Made by a program: the position numbers and the translations under genes. A stretch of DNA of 59,620 bases, the filler included, from Actinomycetota bacterium (lineage in GTDB: Bacteria > Actinomycetota > Actinomycetes > JAKEEW01): the NCBI GenBank assembly GCA_046725875.1. It is 3 parts of 3 records of this genome, joined end to end, with 100 filler letters (N's around TTAATTAATTAA, not from the genome) between each part and the next. Parts side by side here need not be neighbours in the genome. Positions count along the whole stretch, not along the records: positions 1 to 22,039 come from JBKOZJ010000079.1; 2 more parts are not named here. The stretch is one strand, 5' to 3'. This document shows, one piece after another, positions 1 to 10,202 of the stretch. Under the pieces are notes generated by a model. That model searched no databases, was not told the DNA's origin, and saw nothing but the letters and a program-made list of their open reading frames with translations. The first letter of the stretch is position 1. Every line of letters starts with the position of its first letter.

Positions 1-940
1 CCGATAGCGTCCCATGGTGACCGGAGCGCTCGCGTCCTGCTCCCCGTGCGACAGGTGCACAGCCGTCCCGGATGTCCTCGAGGCAAAATCCCCACGGCCG
101 AGGCGTAGAGTCCCATCTCGGCGGGCCCGCGGTTCCCACTGCGGAACACCTCGGACCGACTCTCTCCACAAGGATCTTTCGCACATTCGGCCGGCCCAGG
201 TATTTCCTGTCCACCGCGGCCCCCACGCCCGCTCCAGGACGCGATCCGGGCGCTGGCGCCCACACACATCCGGCGCCCGCCTGGTCTTCTCCTGCGGATG
301 GCACATCACGCGCGATGGCCAGGACGTGTATCCATGGAAGGTCAGGGCCATGGTATTCGCCGCCCGGCTAGCGAAACTCGCTGGTCGCGTGGACCTCGAC
401 GACCGGTGGAAGCCTGCCGGCGGATTTTCGACAGGCGACACGCGGTGGACCGTCGTGCGCGGCAGCGACCTGGAAGATGGCGACAGCTAAGGCCTACAGG
501 TGTGGAGTGAACCCGTCGGTGATCCGATCCTCAAAAACAAACATCACTCGCCGGGTGGACTTCGCCCTGCTCATGGTCGACGACCTCACGAATGACGCAC
601 TAATCCATGAAGTCCCGGCGATCGTCGGCCGCCTTACACCCTCCGCGCTCGCGCACACCGCGGCTGCTTCGGGACAGTGACGACATAGACCAGCCGCTCA
701 CTGGCACGACCCGCGGCCGCAGTGTGCGTCCCTTCTGCGCAGACAGGGACTGGTGAGGCCAGACGAACGGCTCCCTTACCAAGATGGGGCGTGGCGTTGT
801 CCCGGCAGTGCGGGCCTCTTCTCCGGGCGGCTACGGCCGCGTGGCAACGGTCTTCCGGCGCGGCGGGCCCACAACGAGCGACGCCGTACGCATGTTCCCG
901 TGGCCGCCGAGTGGGGATCGCGTCAGCCGGAGACTCGCAG

Positions 941-1624
941 CTACGACGATCTCGGCTGTTCCTGCGGGATGGGCGTTCGGGCTGCCGATTGGCTGCGCAC
1001 GAGGAGCAGGAGGGCGGCGATGAACAGGGCCAGGCCGACGGGTCCGTAGGGTGGTGGGTGGGCGTTGATGAAGAACCCCGATAGGCCGAGCAAGACCGTC
1101 ACCAAGAGGGGCGCGCCGACCTGGCGCCGGAGGGCAACCCCAGCCGCAATGTTTGCGGTTATCAACCCGAGGCCGCCGATGCTGGCAAACACACCGAGGT
1201 CGCGGACGAGAACGTTGTCGGTGAACTCGTCGACCAGGGTGGCCCCCGTCGGCCGTTCCGCTGCCGGGAGCCCGTTGACGTCGTCGGCGAGAACGCCGGT
1301 GCCGATCCCCAGCAGCACCTCCCAGGCGGAGTAGAAGACGACAAACGGCACGAGCGCAATCCGGCTCACCCGCGCCGCGGTGCCCTCGACGCCGCGCAGC
1401 AGTAGATAGATCACCACAGCCATCAGCGGGATGAAGAACATCATCCCGATGTGGACGACCAGCCAAGGGGTGACCTTGTCCTGCACTTCCGCGTAGGAGA
1501 CCTTGTTGCCCCCGCCGGTCGGATGAAACAGGAGCAGCACCGCCCAGGCAAGCGGCACGCCGAGCAGAAACCCGACCACCGGGCCGCTGAACGCCCTACG
1601 TTGCACGGTGGTGACGCTAACCAA
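941..1624 (-). CDS. hypothetical multi-pass membrane protein
   Basis: 227-aa ORF with about 6 hydrophobic segments and GC3-rich codons; start (TTG) uncertain. Confidence 0.75.
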   Translation of the reverse strand: MVSVTTVQRRAFSGPVVGFLLGVPLAWAVLLLFHPTGGGNKVSYAEVQDKVTPWLVVHIGMMFFIPLMAVVIYLLLRGVEGTAARVSRIALVPFVVFYSAWEVLLGIGTGVLADDVNGLPAAERPTGATLVDEFTDNVLVRDLGVFASIGGLGLITANIAAGVALRRQVGAPLLVTVLLGLSGFFINAHPPPYGPVGLALFIAALLLLVRSQSAARTPIPQEQPRSS

Positions 1625-1809
1625 TCAACGGTGGCGCGTCGAGGCCGTCGGTTCGTGGGCTGATGTCGATGCCCTGCGGGTGATGACAGGGCGGCTGGCG
1701 GCTGGGACCATCTCGCATGCTCCGCGAGTACGGGATCACCGAGCGGGGACACCGAGGCCGTCCTCAGCGCGCTCGCTCGGGAGGTCGAGTAGCACCAGCA
1801 GCCCCGGCC

Positions 1810-2493
1810 CGACGCCGCGCTGCAGGTGACCTTGGCCTGGACGGTCGCTTGCGACCTGGCCGGCGAGGCTGGCCAACCCTTGTTCTCACTCCCGGTGCGC
1901 TTCAATGAGCGGCACGCCGGCCAGCGAGGGGCGTGATCAGCGGTCACGACGCGACCGGGGTTGTCCACATCACGATTCGGTTCAACGAGAGCGCTCGCCA
2001 AGTAAAGGTCGATGTTCGGGTGCAGCCCGCCCACGGACAGCTACCGGGCTCGCTCTTGCACCCTCTCCGTTTTGCGCATGCTTTAAGGAGCCCTCATCGA
2101 TTCACGGCGAGTATCGCCAATCAAGATCTATGGGAGGATCCCCAGCCACTGCCCGATCTCGGCCTCGTGCCCACGGAGTACCTGTCGCTAATCGAAGATC
2201 TCGCCCGTATCCAGGCCGAAACCAACGCGCCATTCCCACTGCCCGAGCAGATCAACGCCGAAGACATAGCGGCCGTAGCTCGTATCATTCGGCTTCTCGA
2301 CGGAGAAGCCATCTCGGTGGTACCTAACCCCATTACCTTCAAGCTCCTGCCAGGTACACCACCGCTATGGCTGACAAGCAAGGACAATCCAGCTTTCCTG
2401 GCGCTGGAGGCCCAAAGACGCCAGCCACTGATGGGGGAAGAAATTTTGCTCGGGAACCTGCAACATCATCACGAGAGGACCTTGGGAGGCTAA
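1810..2493 (+). pseudogene. frameshifted, 5'-truncated remnant of a hypothetical protein
   Basis: Protein-like frame ...LFSLPVRFNERHAGQRG ends at the GGGG run 1928-1931 and continues in another frame as GVISGHDATGVVHITIRF... (ORF 1933-2493); lower GC than flanks. Confidence 0.45.
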
Positions 2494-2506
2494 AGAACTC
2501 CCGGAT

Positions 2507-2870
2507 TGCGACCTGTTCGACCTTAAGGTCGCGTTCCGGGAGACTGAAACACCGCAGGGCTGGCTCACCCTGCGGGAGTCCGCCGAGTGGGATGACGCTG
2601 AGCGAGCGGGGATCGGGCTGGGCCTCGTCATGCTCTATCGCGACAATGTTCGGCTTGCCCTCGAAGCGGCTGACGCGGCCGCCGGGAGTGGGCGGCTTTC
2701 CCACGTGGGCGTGTTCGTGGACGAGAAAGAATTCAAGCGAATTCGGGAGGCCGCTGAGCGGCATGGCTGTGAGATCATCACCGACAAGGCGCGGGCGCTG
2801 GTTATCGACGGCGTCTATGGCGTTCGGTGGGAGCTCAACAGCTTCCCCTACGACGATCCGCTGAGTCTGA
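2507..2870 (+). pseudogene. 5'-truncated VOC/glyoxalase-family gene
   Basis: Open frame CDLFDLKVAFRE...LSHVGVFVD...YGVRWELNSF has VOC-like H and WE motifs but lacks a start and the first strand. Confidence 0.5.
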
Positions 2871-2979
2871 TTGATCAGGGCATTCCTTGTTGGGCACGCG
2901 TTGTCCGATCATCCGCACCTGAGGTCCGGCGATGGGTGGTTCACCGCCCGGAGGCTGCGCGGAAACCTCGACCGGTGGC

Positions 2980-3348
2980 TCATCGGTGTCGCTCCGCGAG
3001 CGCATAGAGGTTTCCGTCCGGGCCGCGCACGTAGAACCAGCTCCAGTTCGGGTCGGATTCCTTCTCGCCCACGACTTTCGCTTCGAACGGCGCCAGACGC
3101 AGGCAAGCATCGTCCAAGCTGTCCACTTCGAACAACGGCACCAGTTGCGCGTGCTGCCCGCTAAAGAATCCGAAATAGCCGTTGCCGGGACCGAAGATCT
3201 GGACCTTGTCCCCGTTCTCGGCCGCCAGTTCCACCGTCGTGGTCTCCCGAAAGGCGACGTCCAGGCCCAGGATTTGCTCGAAGAAGTGCACAGTCTGCTC
3301 GTACTGCTCGGTGGGCACACCCAGCCACACCAAACCCTTGACTCCCAT
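2980..3348 (-). CDS. VOC family protein (glyoxalase/bleomycin resistance fold)
   Basis: MGVKGLVWLGVP...FFEQILGL...FEVDSLD...FYVRGPDGNLYAL; 122 aa. Confidence 0.85.
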   Translation of the reverse strand: MGVKGLVWLGVPTEQYEQTVHFFEQILGLDVAFRETTTVELAAENGDKVQIFGPGNGYFGFFSGQHAQLVPLFEVDSLDDACLRLAPFEAKVVGEKESDPNWSWFYVRGPDGNLYALAERHR

Positions 3349-3451
3349 CCCGCAAGCATGCACCCGAGGCAGTCCCTTGGATGCGCATTTCTGTCGGTGC
3401 CGTGAGCTATGCACAGGTGTGTCGGTATCGCCACTTGGATCAGGAGCTCTC

Positions 3452-3991
3452 ATGCACTGGTCTGATATTGAGCAGCGCCAACCGCGCCTCGCATCGCGCG
3501 GGCTCAGCCGTCTCATCGATCCGGGAGTCGTCCTGGTTGCGACAATACGGCGCGATGGGACGCCGCGGATAAGTCCCGTCGAGCCGTTCGTCATGGACGG
3601 AGATCTGTGGCTGTCCATGCTGTGGCAGTCAAGGAAGGCGCACGACTTGCGACGCGATCCCCGCATTTTGGTGCATAGCGTCGTAACCCGCCGAGAGGGT
3701 ACCGAGGGCGAGTTCAAGATCCGCGGCCTTGCCCGCGCCGAAAATGACACCGAGGTACAGGACCGCTACGCCGCTGCTGTTGCCGCGGGTCTTGGATGGC
3801 AGCCCGAAGCCGGCCGCTTTCACTTGTTCCAGATCGATGTCGGCTCTGTGGCATTTGTCAACTACGACCATACGACCGGTGATCAGTACTGCGCGATGTG
3901 GCCACCGGGTAGGGAGTTCGTTCGCAGAGGCACGTCGGCGACGAGTGTTGGGGACCCAGAACCGCTCCACGACCTGATTGCCCCGGACTAG
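3452..3991 (+). CDS. pyridoxamine 5'-phosphate oxidase family protein
   Basis: VATIRRDGTPRISPVE, SRKAHDLRRDPR motifs; AGGAG SD before ATG 3452. Confidence 0.88.
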   Translation: MHWSDIEQRQPRLASRGLSRLIDPGVVLVATIRRDGTPRISPVEPFVMDGDLWLSMLWQSRKAHDLRRDPRILVHSVVTRREGTEGEFKIRGLARAENDTEVQDRYAAAVAAGLGWQPEAGRFHLFQIDVGSVAFVNYDHTTGDQYCAMWPPGREFVRRGTSATSVGDPEPLHDLIAPD

Positions 3992-4131
3992 AAGCGACCG
4001 CGACGCTTTAGCGTCGGTAGGTTTAGTCCCGCACGCTCTCCGGGATAGGTGGAGGACGGCGACGGGGCAGGGCGGCCACGGTAAGTGGTTCACGCCACAT
4101 CGATGCGCGTAGGAACTACTCGCCCGGGCGA

Positions 4132-4962
4132 CTAACCGAAGATCGGCTCGCGGGCCCCGGCAGCCACCGCACAGATGACACGGAAACACCGCATCCCGTC
4201 ATACATCGACGGCGCGGTGAATCCGACCCGACACTCAGAGAGCTCCTCGACTGTTGGCACCCCGGCCGTGGCGAGCGCGAGGTGGGAGGCGTCGAACTCG
4301 ACCTCAAAGCGGTGCTCCCCGCGCGGCTGCGGCTCCCGCCGACCGGCCGACGTCATGGCGTCGGCGGCGGCTGCTTGGATCCAGCCAGCGGTCACCGATG
4401 GCGGCGCACAGATTGCCGCATAGCGGGAGACTGCCTCCTTGACCTCAACCGTACGGGCATCCGGCGCGTAGTTCTTCGCGTCCCGGCATGTCTGGTCGTC
4501 CCCGGTGACAAGGATCAGCGGAACGCCGTACTCGGCCGCGAGCAACGCGTTGAGCAGGCCCTCGCTCGCAAGCTCCCCGTCGATCCAGAAGCCCGTGAGC
4601 GAGTTGCCCATGTAGGTATGGGCGAGTACGCCATAACGCCCAGCGGCCGCGTGGTAGCCGACGAAGCACACCGCGTCGACGTCTCGGTCGATGCCCTCCA
4701 TCATGCCCAGCCGCTTGTGTCGCCCGGTCAGCAGGCGGGCTCGCGGATCGAGATCTTCGAGCAGGATGTTGCGCATCGTGTCGTGGGACTCGTTGACGAG
4801 GACTTCGGTGGCCCCGCCGTTAAACACTCCGGCGATCGCTGCGTTCGTGTCGCTGGTGAGCATTCGCCGGAAGCGCTGCCACTGCTCCGTGCCCGGGTCG
4901 ACGTCGCCAGGCCAGGTAACCCCCGACGCGCCCTCCATGTCCGCTGAGATCAACACGCGCAC
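4132..4962 (-). CDS. dppA: M55 family D-aminopeptidase (DppA-like)
   Basis: ISADMEG, VNESH, FVGYHA, LAHT, VTGDD motifs; GTG start 6 nt after a TACGGT -10. Confidence 0.92.
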   Translation of the reverse strand: MRVLISADMEGASGVTWPGDVDPGTEQWQRFRRMLTSDTNAAIAGVFNGGATEVLVNESHDTMRNILLEDLDPRARLLTGRHKRLGMMEGIDRDVDAVCFVGYHAAAGRYGVLAHTYMGNSLTGFWIDGELASEGLLNALLAAEYGVPLILVTGDDQTCRDAKNYAPDARTVEVKEAVSRYAAICAPPSVTAGWIQAAAADAMTSAGRREPQPRGEHRFEVEFDASHLALATAGVPTVEELSECRVGFTAPSMYDGMRCFRVICAVAAGAREPIFG

Positions 4963-5101
4963 GCCGCCACCGTACCGTCCGGCCGTCCGGACGACCACTT
5001 GGGCTTAATCGCGCCAAAGTTGATGCCGGGCAGTTTGGTGCTTGTGCGGACGTGGCCCTTAGCACCAGCTGCGATCGTAGGCAGTACAGACAACAGACCG
5101 G

Positions 5102-5860
5102 CTATGCCCGAAGGACCCGCACCGCGAGCGGCGCGTCCCGACCTCTCACCGAGAGTTCGCGCCGCTCGAGGTCGCCGATGTTAGAGTCCGATGCAGCGTA
5201 GGCCGCCTCGCTGATCAGTGCCTCACCCGCGCCCGCGAGCGACGCCAGCCTCGCCGTGACGTTGACCGCGTCGCCGAGCGCGGTGAAGTCGGCGACGGTC
5301 GAGTCGGAGCCGACCGCGCCAACGTACGCGACGCCGGTGTGGACGCCGGCACCGACCGGAACGAGGTCGACCGTCGCGTGCAGCAGGTCGCCCGCGGCCA
5401 CGACCGCCTTCCGTGCGTGGTCGGGGCCGACGGCGGGCACATAGAGCGCGACGACCTCGTCGCCCACGAGCTTGTCGACGAGCCCATCGCTGTCGATCAC
5501 GACACGGTTCGCGCAGTCGAAGAAGCGGTTCATCAGCCTGCTGAACTCCGTCGGCCGCATCTGCTCCGCGAGCGACGTCGACCCGCGCACGTCCGCGAAC
5601 AGCATCGAGATCTCGACCTCAGCGCCGCCCGGATGCGTCCGCACAAACGTCTCGCACACGTCGCAGTAATTCGGGTTCTTCGCGGATGGACGGCGCTTGA
5701 GGACGAGGCGGACCGCGGATGCCGCCGGTCCGCCGAGCGGCACGAGGCAGGTCTTGCAGCGAGGCGCGCCAGGGATGCGCCGATGTCGCCAACGCTCGCG
5801 TCGCATCACACCCGCGTCGCCGGTGACGAGCGCACGCCAGAACTGCTCGTTGTCGGTCAC
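5102..5860 (-). CDS. class III adenylate/guanylate cyclase with N-terminal CxxC...CxxC domain
   Basis: FADVRGST, DKLVGDE, DFTALGDAVNVTARL; CKTC and CDVC pairs; GTG start 6 nt after TACGAT. Confidence 0.9.
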   Translation of the reverse strand: MTDNEQFWRALVTGDAGVMRRERWRHRRIPGAPRCKTCLVPLGGPAASAVRLVLKRRPSAKNPNYCDVCETFVRTHPGGAEVEISMLFADVRGSTSLAEQMRPTEFSRLMNRFFDCANRVVIDSDGLVDKLVGDEVVALYVPAVGPDHARKAVVAAGDLLHATVDLVPVGAGVHTGVAYVGAVGSDSTVADFTALGDAVNVTARLASLAGAGEALISEAAYAASDSNIGDLERRELSVRGRDAPLAVRVLRA

Positions 5861-6029
5861 GCGTGCGATCGTAGAACGTATAGGGCCTGCACCCATCGAG
5901 GGGTGGCTTTGAACGTTCGATAGCAGCACCAAGAGCTCGCCTCGGCACCCCAGCAGGGAACGGCCTCCGTCCGCGATCTCAGCGACCCAACCCCGCCCCC
6001 CGATCCAGTACCGATCGACCCCCGGCCCG

Positions 6030-6426
6030 TCCCGCACCCCGGGGCCGGGACACCACTGGCGAGCTCGCCGGTAGCTGGCGCGGCCTGGTGACGGCTTTGG
6101 TTGGCGGTGGGCTGCTGCTGCTAGCGGTGGTGGGGTTGCGGCAGGCACTGGCGGCCGAGGCGGGCACCGACCCCAAGAAGCAGACCTTGCACGACACTCG
6201 CGCTGGCCACGGGGACGCTGGCCGCCTACCGATTCACCTGGCCGATGTCGCCGCCCGCAGGACTGCAGTGGGGACAGCGCGCAGTCGCCGCCGCGGTCGC
6301 GTTCCTGCTCGCCGGCATCTGCGTCACATGGTGGGCTCCCGCCGCCGCACCGGTCCGCCCGGCTTACATCAGGGTGACCCACGGGCGGCATCCTGCGATC
6401 TGCGCGCGCCGAGAAGCTCCGCCTGA
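6030..6426 (+). pseudogene. degraded membrane-protein gene fragment
   Basis: Hydrophobic segments (LVTALVGGGLLLLAVVGL; AVAAAVAFLLAGICVTWW) are split across different frames; no clear start. Confidence 0.4.
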
Positions 6427-6671
6427 CCGTCCCCGGCAGCCGGAAGCCCGTTGATACCTCCTCTCCCCAAATCACGAGCCAGGTCGTGGGCTCCAGATGT
6501 CCTTAGCAGCGATCCAGTCGGCCAAAATGGATCCCCTCTGCCAGGTACCGCGTCCTTGTCGCGCGCCACGGGTCGAGTCGGAAGTGTGGCGAGGCGAGTC
6601 TGCGTCAGCCTGGTCGAGGCCGTGAGGTAGGTAGGGGTCCACGGCTGTGCAGCGATCCGCCCCGCGGCCGC

Positions 6672-6696
6672 GCATGAATCTCGGGGGACGGGTAGC
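6672..6696 (+). promoter_or_regulatory. SigB/SigF-type promoter motif for the PLD gene
   Basis: GCAT-N14-GGGTAGC ending 9 nt before GTG 6706. Confidence 0.5.
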
Positions 6697-6705
6697 AATG
6701 GGAAC

Positions 6706-8316
6706 GTGGCACTCCGGGATTGGTTTCTCACCGCGGCGCAACGCGGCAATCCGGTGACCGAGCTCGATCGGCGGCACGACGACGGCTTGGCGTGGACCGT
6801 CGGTAATGCGGTGCGGCCGCTGGTCCACGGCCAGTCCTACTTCGCCGAGCTGCTTTCCCGGATCGAGGCCATGCGTTCGGGTGACCGGCTGCTGTTTACC
6901 GACTGGCGCGGTGATCCCGATGAGTTGCTCGACGGTCCAGGTTCTGAAGTCTCTAGTGTCCTGTGTGCTGCGGCGAAGCGGGGCGTCGAGGTGAAGGGGC
7001 TGGTCTGGCGGTCGCACCTTGATCGCTTCCAGTTCAGCGCGGAGGAGAACCGCACGCTCGCCGAGGACGTCGATCTCGACGGGGGAAAGGTGGTGTTGGA
7101 CATGCGGGTGCGCGCCAGCGGTTCGCACCACCAGAAGTTCGTGGTCCTCCGCCATCCGGGCCGGGCGCAGCTCGACGTTGCCTACGTCGGCGGCATCGAT
7201 CTGTGTCACAGCCGCCGCGATGACATCACGCACGAGGGCGACCCGCAGCGGCAGCCGATGGCGGCCGTCTACAGTTCGCGTCCCCCGTGGCACGACATCC
7301 AGGTCGAGATCCGAGGGCCCGCGGTCGCGGATGTAGAGACGGTCTTCCGCGAACGCTGGAATGATCCGGCGCCGTTGGTACGTAACCCGATCAGCCGACT
7401 CCGGGACAACCTGCAACACCTAGACAAGAGGCGAGATCCACTGGATGGGCGGTTGCCTGACCCCGCACCCTGCGGTACCCAAGCCGTCCAGCTGCTGCGG
7501 ACTTATCCACACCGGCTGGGCGGTTATCCTTTCGCACCGCGGGGCGAGCGCAGCGTCGCTCGCGGCTACGCCAAGGTGCTGCAGCATGCGCAACGGCTCA
7601 TATACATCGAGGATCAGTATCTCTGGAGCGTGGATGTTGCGCGTATGTTCGCTCGAGCCCTCCGGGAGCGACCCGCGCTGCATGTCATCGCGGTCGTTCC
7701 GCATTACCCGGATCAGGACGGGAAGCTCTCCGGGCCGCCAAATATCGTCGGGCGAGGCAGGGCTCTGCGGCTTCTCCATAAGGCTGGCGGAGATCGGATC
7801 GCGGTCTACGGCATCGAAAACCGCTCCGGGACACCGGTCTACGTCCACGCGAAGGTCTGCATCGTCGACGACGTGTGGGCCGCGGTCGGGTCGGACAACT
7901 TCAATCGTCGTTCGTGGACCCACGACTCCGAACTCACCTGCGCCGTGATCGACGAGGCTGTCGACGAGCGGGAGGATGGCACGTACTCGACGTCGGCTCC
8001 GGCCGCCGAGCCGGCGCGGCGCTACGCCCGTGAGCTTCGGCTGATGCTGGGCCGCGAACACCTTGACCGCGCCGAGGGAGACGATGCCGATCTCATCGAT
8101 CCGGAGTCGGCGTTCGCGGCCTTCGCCCGTTCGGCGTCAGAGCTGGATGCGTGGCGCGCGTCCGGTCGCACCGGTCCACGGCCACCCGGACGGTTGCGGC
8201 CCTATCGGCTCGCCAAGCTGTCGAGGTGGACACGGCTCTGGGCAGGTGCGCTGTACCGCCTGCTGTACGACCCGGACGGGCGGCCATGGAACCTTCGGCG
8301 GAAGGGCAGTTTCTGA
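6706..8316 (+). CDS. phospholipase D family protein
   Basis: Two HKD-type motifs: SHHQKFVV...VGGIDL and VHAKVCIVDD...GSDN; YIEDQY. Confidence 0.93.
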   Translation: MALRDWFLTAAQRGNPVTELDRRHDDGLAWTVGNAVRPLVHGQSYFAELLSRIEAMRSGDRLLFTDWRGDPDELLDGPGSEVSSVLCAAAKRGVEVKGLVWRSHLDRFQFSAEENRTLAEDVDLDGGKVVLDMRVRASGSHHQKFVVLRHPGRAQLDVAYVGGIDLCHSRRDDITHEGDPQRQPMAAVYSSRPPWHDIQVEIRGPAVADVETVFRERWNDPAPLVRNPISRLRDNLQHLDKRRDPLDGRLPDPAPCGTQAVQLLRTYPHRLGGYPFAPRGERSVARGYAKVLQHAQRLIYIEDQYLWSVDVARMFARALRERPALHVIAVVPHYPDQDGKLSGPPNIVGRGRALRLLHKAGGDRIAVYGIENRSGTPVYVHAKVCIVDDVWAAVGSDNFNRRSWTHDSELTCAVIDEAVDEREDGTYSTSAPAAEPARRYARELRLMLGREHLDRAEGDDADLIDPESAFAAFARSASELDAWRASGRTGPRPPGRLRPYRLAKLSRWTRLWAGALYRLLYDPDGRPWNLRRKGSF

Positions 8317-8331
8317 CCGGACCCGGCGTCG

Positions 8332-9282
8332 TCAGGGCCCCGGATCCGGCCGGATCGGGCCGGGACTGTTAGTGCGGCACGACTCCAGCTGCGCGGCGAA
8401 TGCGAGTCCAAAGAGGATCGCGAGGGAGGTGAGGTAGGACCAGAGAATCAAGGCCATTACGCCGGTCAGGGGTCCGTACGTCGATCCGAACGTCCCGCTG
8501 TTCTGCACGTAGAGTCCCAGAAGCCAGGTGAAGAGCAGCCAGAGCACGAGCGTCACCGCGCCCCCGAAGGCGAGCCAGGTCAACCCGGGTTGAGGGCGGC
8601 GCGGGGAGCGCCGAAAGATGACAGTCACCGACCCCAACACGAGCAGCACACCGAGCGGCCAGCGTGCCCAGCTCCACACTTGTTGGGTACCGTCGCTCCA
8701 GCCGTAGACGTCGGCCATTGCCGAGCCAATGGCCGGACCCGTGATAAGAACGAGGGCGCCGAGGGTCATGAGCAGGCCGGCCGTCGCGGCCATAAGTAGC
8801 GCACACGCGTACTTTCTTATCGTCGGCCTATCGCGCTCGACCCCGTAGATCCGGTTGGCGCCGCGCTCGATCTGGCCCATGGCGGTGGTCACGGCGACCA
8901 CCGCGAACAGAAGGCCAAGCCAGAGTGCCAGGCTTCCGCCGGACCCCGCGTGTTTGCTGCCGCTCAGGGCTCGGTTGACGACTTCTTTGGTGGATCCGGG
9001 CGTGAGCTCGCCCAGGGTGCGTCGGACGACCTCGCCGGCCTTGGACTGGTGCAGTGTCGCGCTGAGGCCGACCGCGGCGATCGCGCCAGGGATGGCGGCC
9101 AGCAGCACCTGGAGGGCGAGCGCGCGGGAGTGGCTGAATCCGTCGCCGTAGCGGAAACGGCGGAACGAGTCGCGCACGAGTGCCCATTCGCCGGTCCGTT
9201 TCAGGGTGCGCCACGCGTCGTCCGCGGACAGCTCGTCGCCCCGCAGGGTACCGGTTTGGGGGACTTTGGTCGCGGTTCCCAT
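8332..9282 (-). CDS. YihY/virulence factor BrkB family membrane protein
   Basis: ERGANRIYGV, FGSTYGPLTGVMALILWSYL motifs; start overlaps the upstream stop (TAATG). Confidence 0.92.
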   Translation of the reverse strand: MGTATKVPQTGTLRGDELSADDAWRTLKRTGEWALVRDSFRRFRYGDGFSHSRALALQVLLAAIPGAIAAVGLSATLHQSKAGEVVRRTLGELTPGSTKEVVNRALSGSKHAGSGGSLALWLGLLFAVVAVTTAMGQIERGANRIYGVERDRPTIRKYACALLMAATAGLLMTLGALVLITGPAIGSAMADVYGWSDGTQQVWSWARWPLGVLLVLGSVTVIFRRSPRRPQPGLTWLAFGGAVTLVLWLLFTWLLGLYVQNSGTFGSTYGPLTGVMALILWSYLTSLAILFGLAFAAQLESCRTNSPGPIRPDPGP

Positions 9283-10202
9283 TAGGTGGTCTCGCCTCCG
9301 TCCGATCCGGGCACTCGTATGACGAGCGCTTTGGGATCGATTCCGATATCCAGGTCTTGTCCAAGGCCGAAGGGGTCTCCGTCGAGCTCCCGCATCTCGC
9401 TCTGCGCGGTATGGATGGAGATGGTGCGGCCCTGATAGTGCTCGACCGGCGGCGCGCTGGATCGGCGCCCGGCGACGAGCGGGCCTAGCGCCCGAGTCCA
9501 GCCGAGGAAGCCGCGCGGTGACAGCACGACGACGTCGAGTAGACCGTCATCGGGTCGCGCCTCGGGAAGGAGCTCGATCCCTCCGTGTAGAGTCCCGACG
9601 TTGCCGACGACCACCATGCGAGCCCGGCGACGCAGGGGCGCGCCATCGTCGATCGTGATTCGGGTGTGCATCGGGCGGTCAAAGAGCTTTCGTGCGATAC
9701 CGACGATGTAGGCGGGCCAGCCGATCCTTGCCTTCAGCCAGCCGGGCGTGCGCTCGACCATTCCGGCGTCGAGGCCGACTCCGGCCATGACGGCGAACCG
9801 CTCGTCGCCGACCGTGCCAAGGTCGATACGGCGATCGACGCCGTCGAGGGCACGATTCAGCCCATCGGAAAGGTCGGTCGGCAAACCGAGATTGCGGGCA
9901 AGGAGATTGCCGGTGCCGCCGCCGAGCACCCCGACTGGGATGCCAGTGCCAGCGAGAGCACCTGCGCAGCACCGTACGGTGCCGTCTCCTCCAACGACGA
10001 TGACGAGGTCGGGCCCTGCGTGGACGGCCTTCGCGGCCACTCCAGCACCGGGGTCGTCCGGCGTCGTCTCCGACCAGGTCGGCTCCGCCCAACCTCGTTG
10101 CTCGAGTGAGGCGGCCGCCTTCTCGCGGAACTCGTCCAGATCCGCCATGCCGACCGGGTTGACGATGAATGCAGCGACCGGGCGTCTCGACGAGTCGCTC
10201 AT
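9282..10202 (-). CDS. diacylglycerol/lipid kinase family protein
   Basis: IVNP, VGGDGTV, GTGNLLARNL, GVGLDA, DDGLLDV, ELDGD; ATG overlaps the upstream TGA (ATGA). Confidence 0.92.
   Translation of the reverse strand: MSDSSRRPVAAFIVNPVGMADLDEFREKAAASLEQRGWAEPTWSETTPDDPGAGVAAKAVHAGPDLVIVVGGDGTVRCCAGALAGTGIPVGVLGGGTGNLLARNLGLPTDLSDGLNRALDGVDRRIDLGTVGDERFAVMAGVGLDAGMVERTPGWLKARIGWPAYIVGIARKLFDRPMHTRITIDDGAPLRRRARMVVVGNVGTLHGGIELLPEARPDDGLLDVVVLSPRGFLGWTRALGPLVAGRRSSAPPVEHYQGRTISIHTAQSEMRELDGDPFGLGQDLDIGIDPKALVIRVPGSDGGETT

Noticed and set aside
14..490. 158-aa ORF at the window start
   Set aside because: Arg-rich N-half looks non-coding; only the C-terminal part is protein-like, and I recognise no family
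3392..3413. TGTCGG-N10-TATGCA upstream of the PPOX gene, and TGTCGG-N10-CAGCGT at 14280 upstream of the VOC gene
   Set aside because: Each misses a conserved -10 base of the PafBC motif, so they are not called
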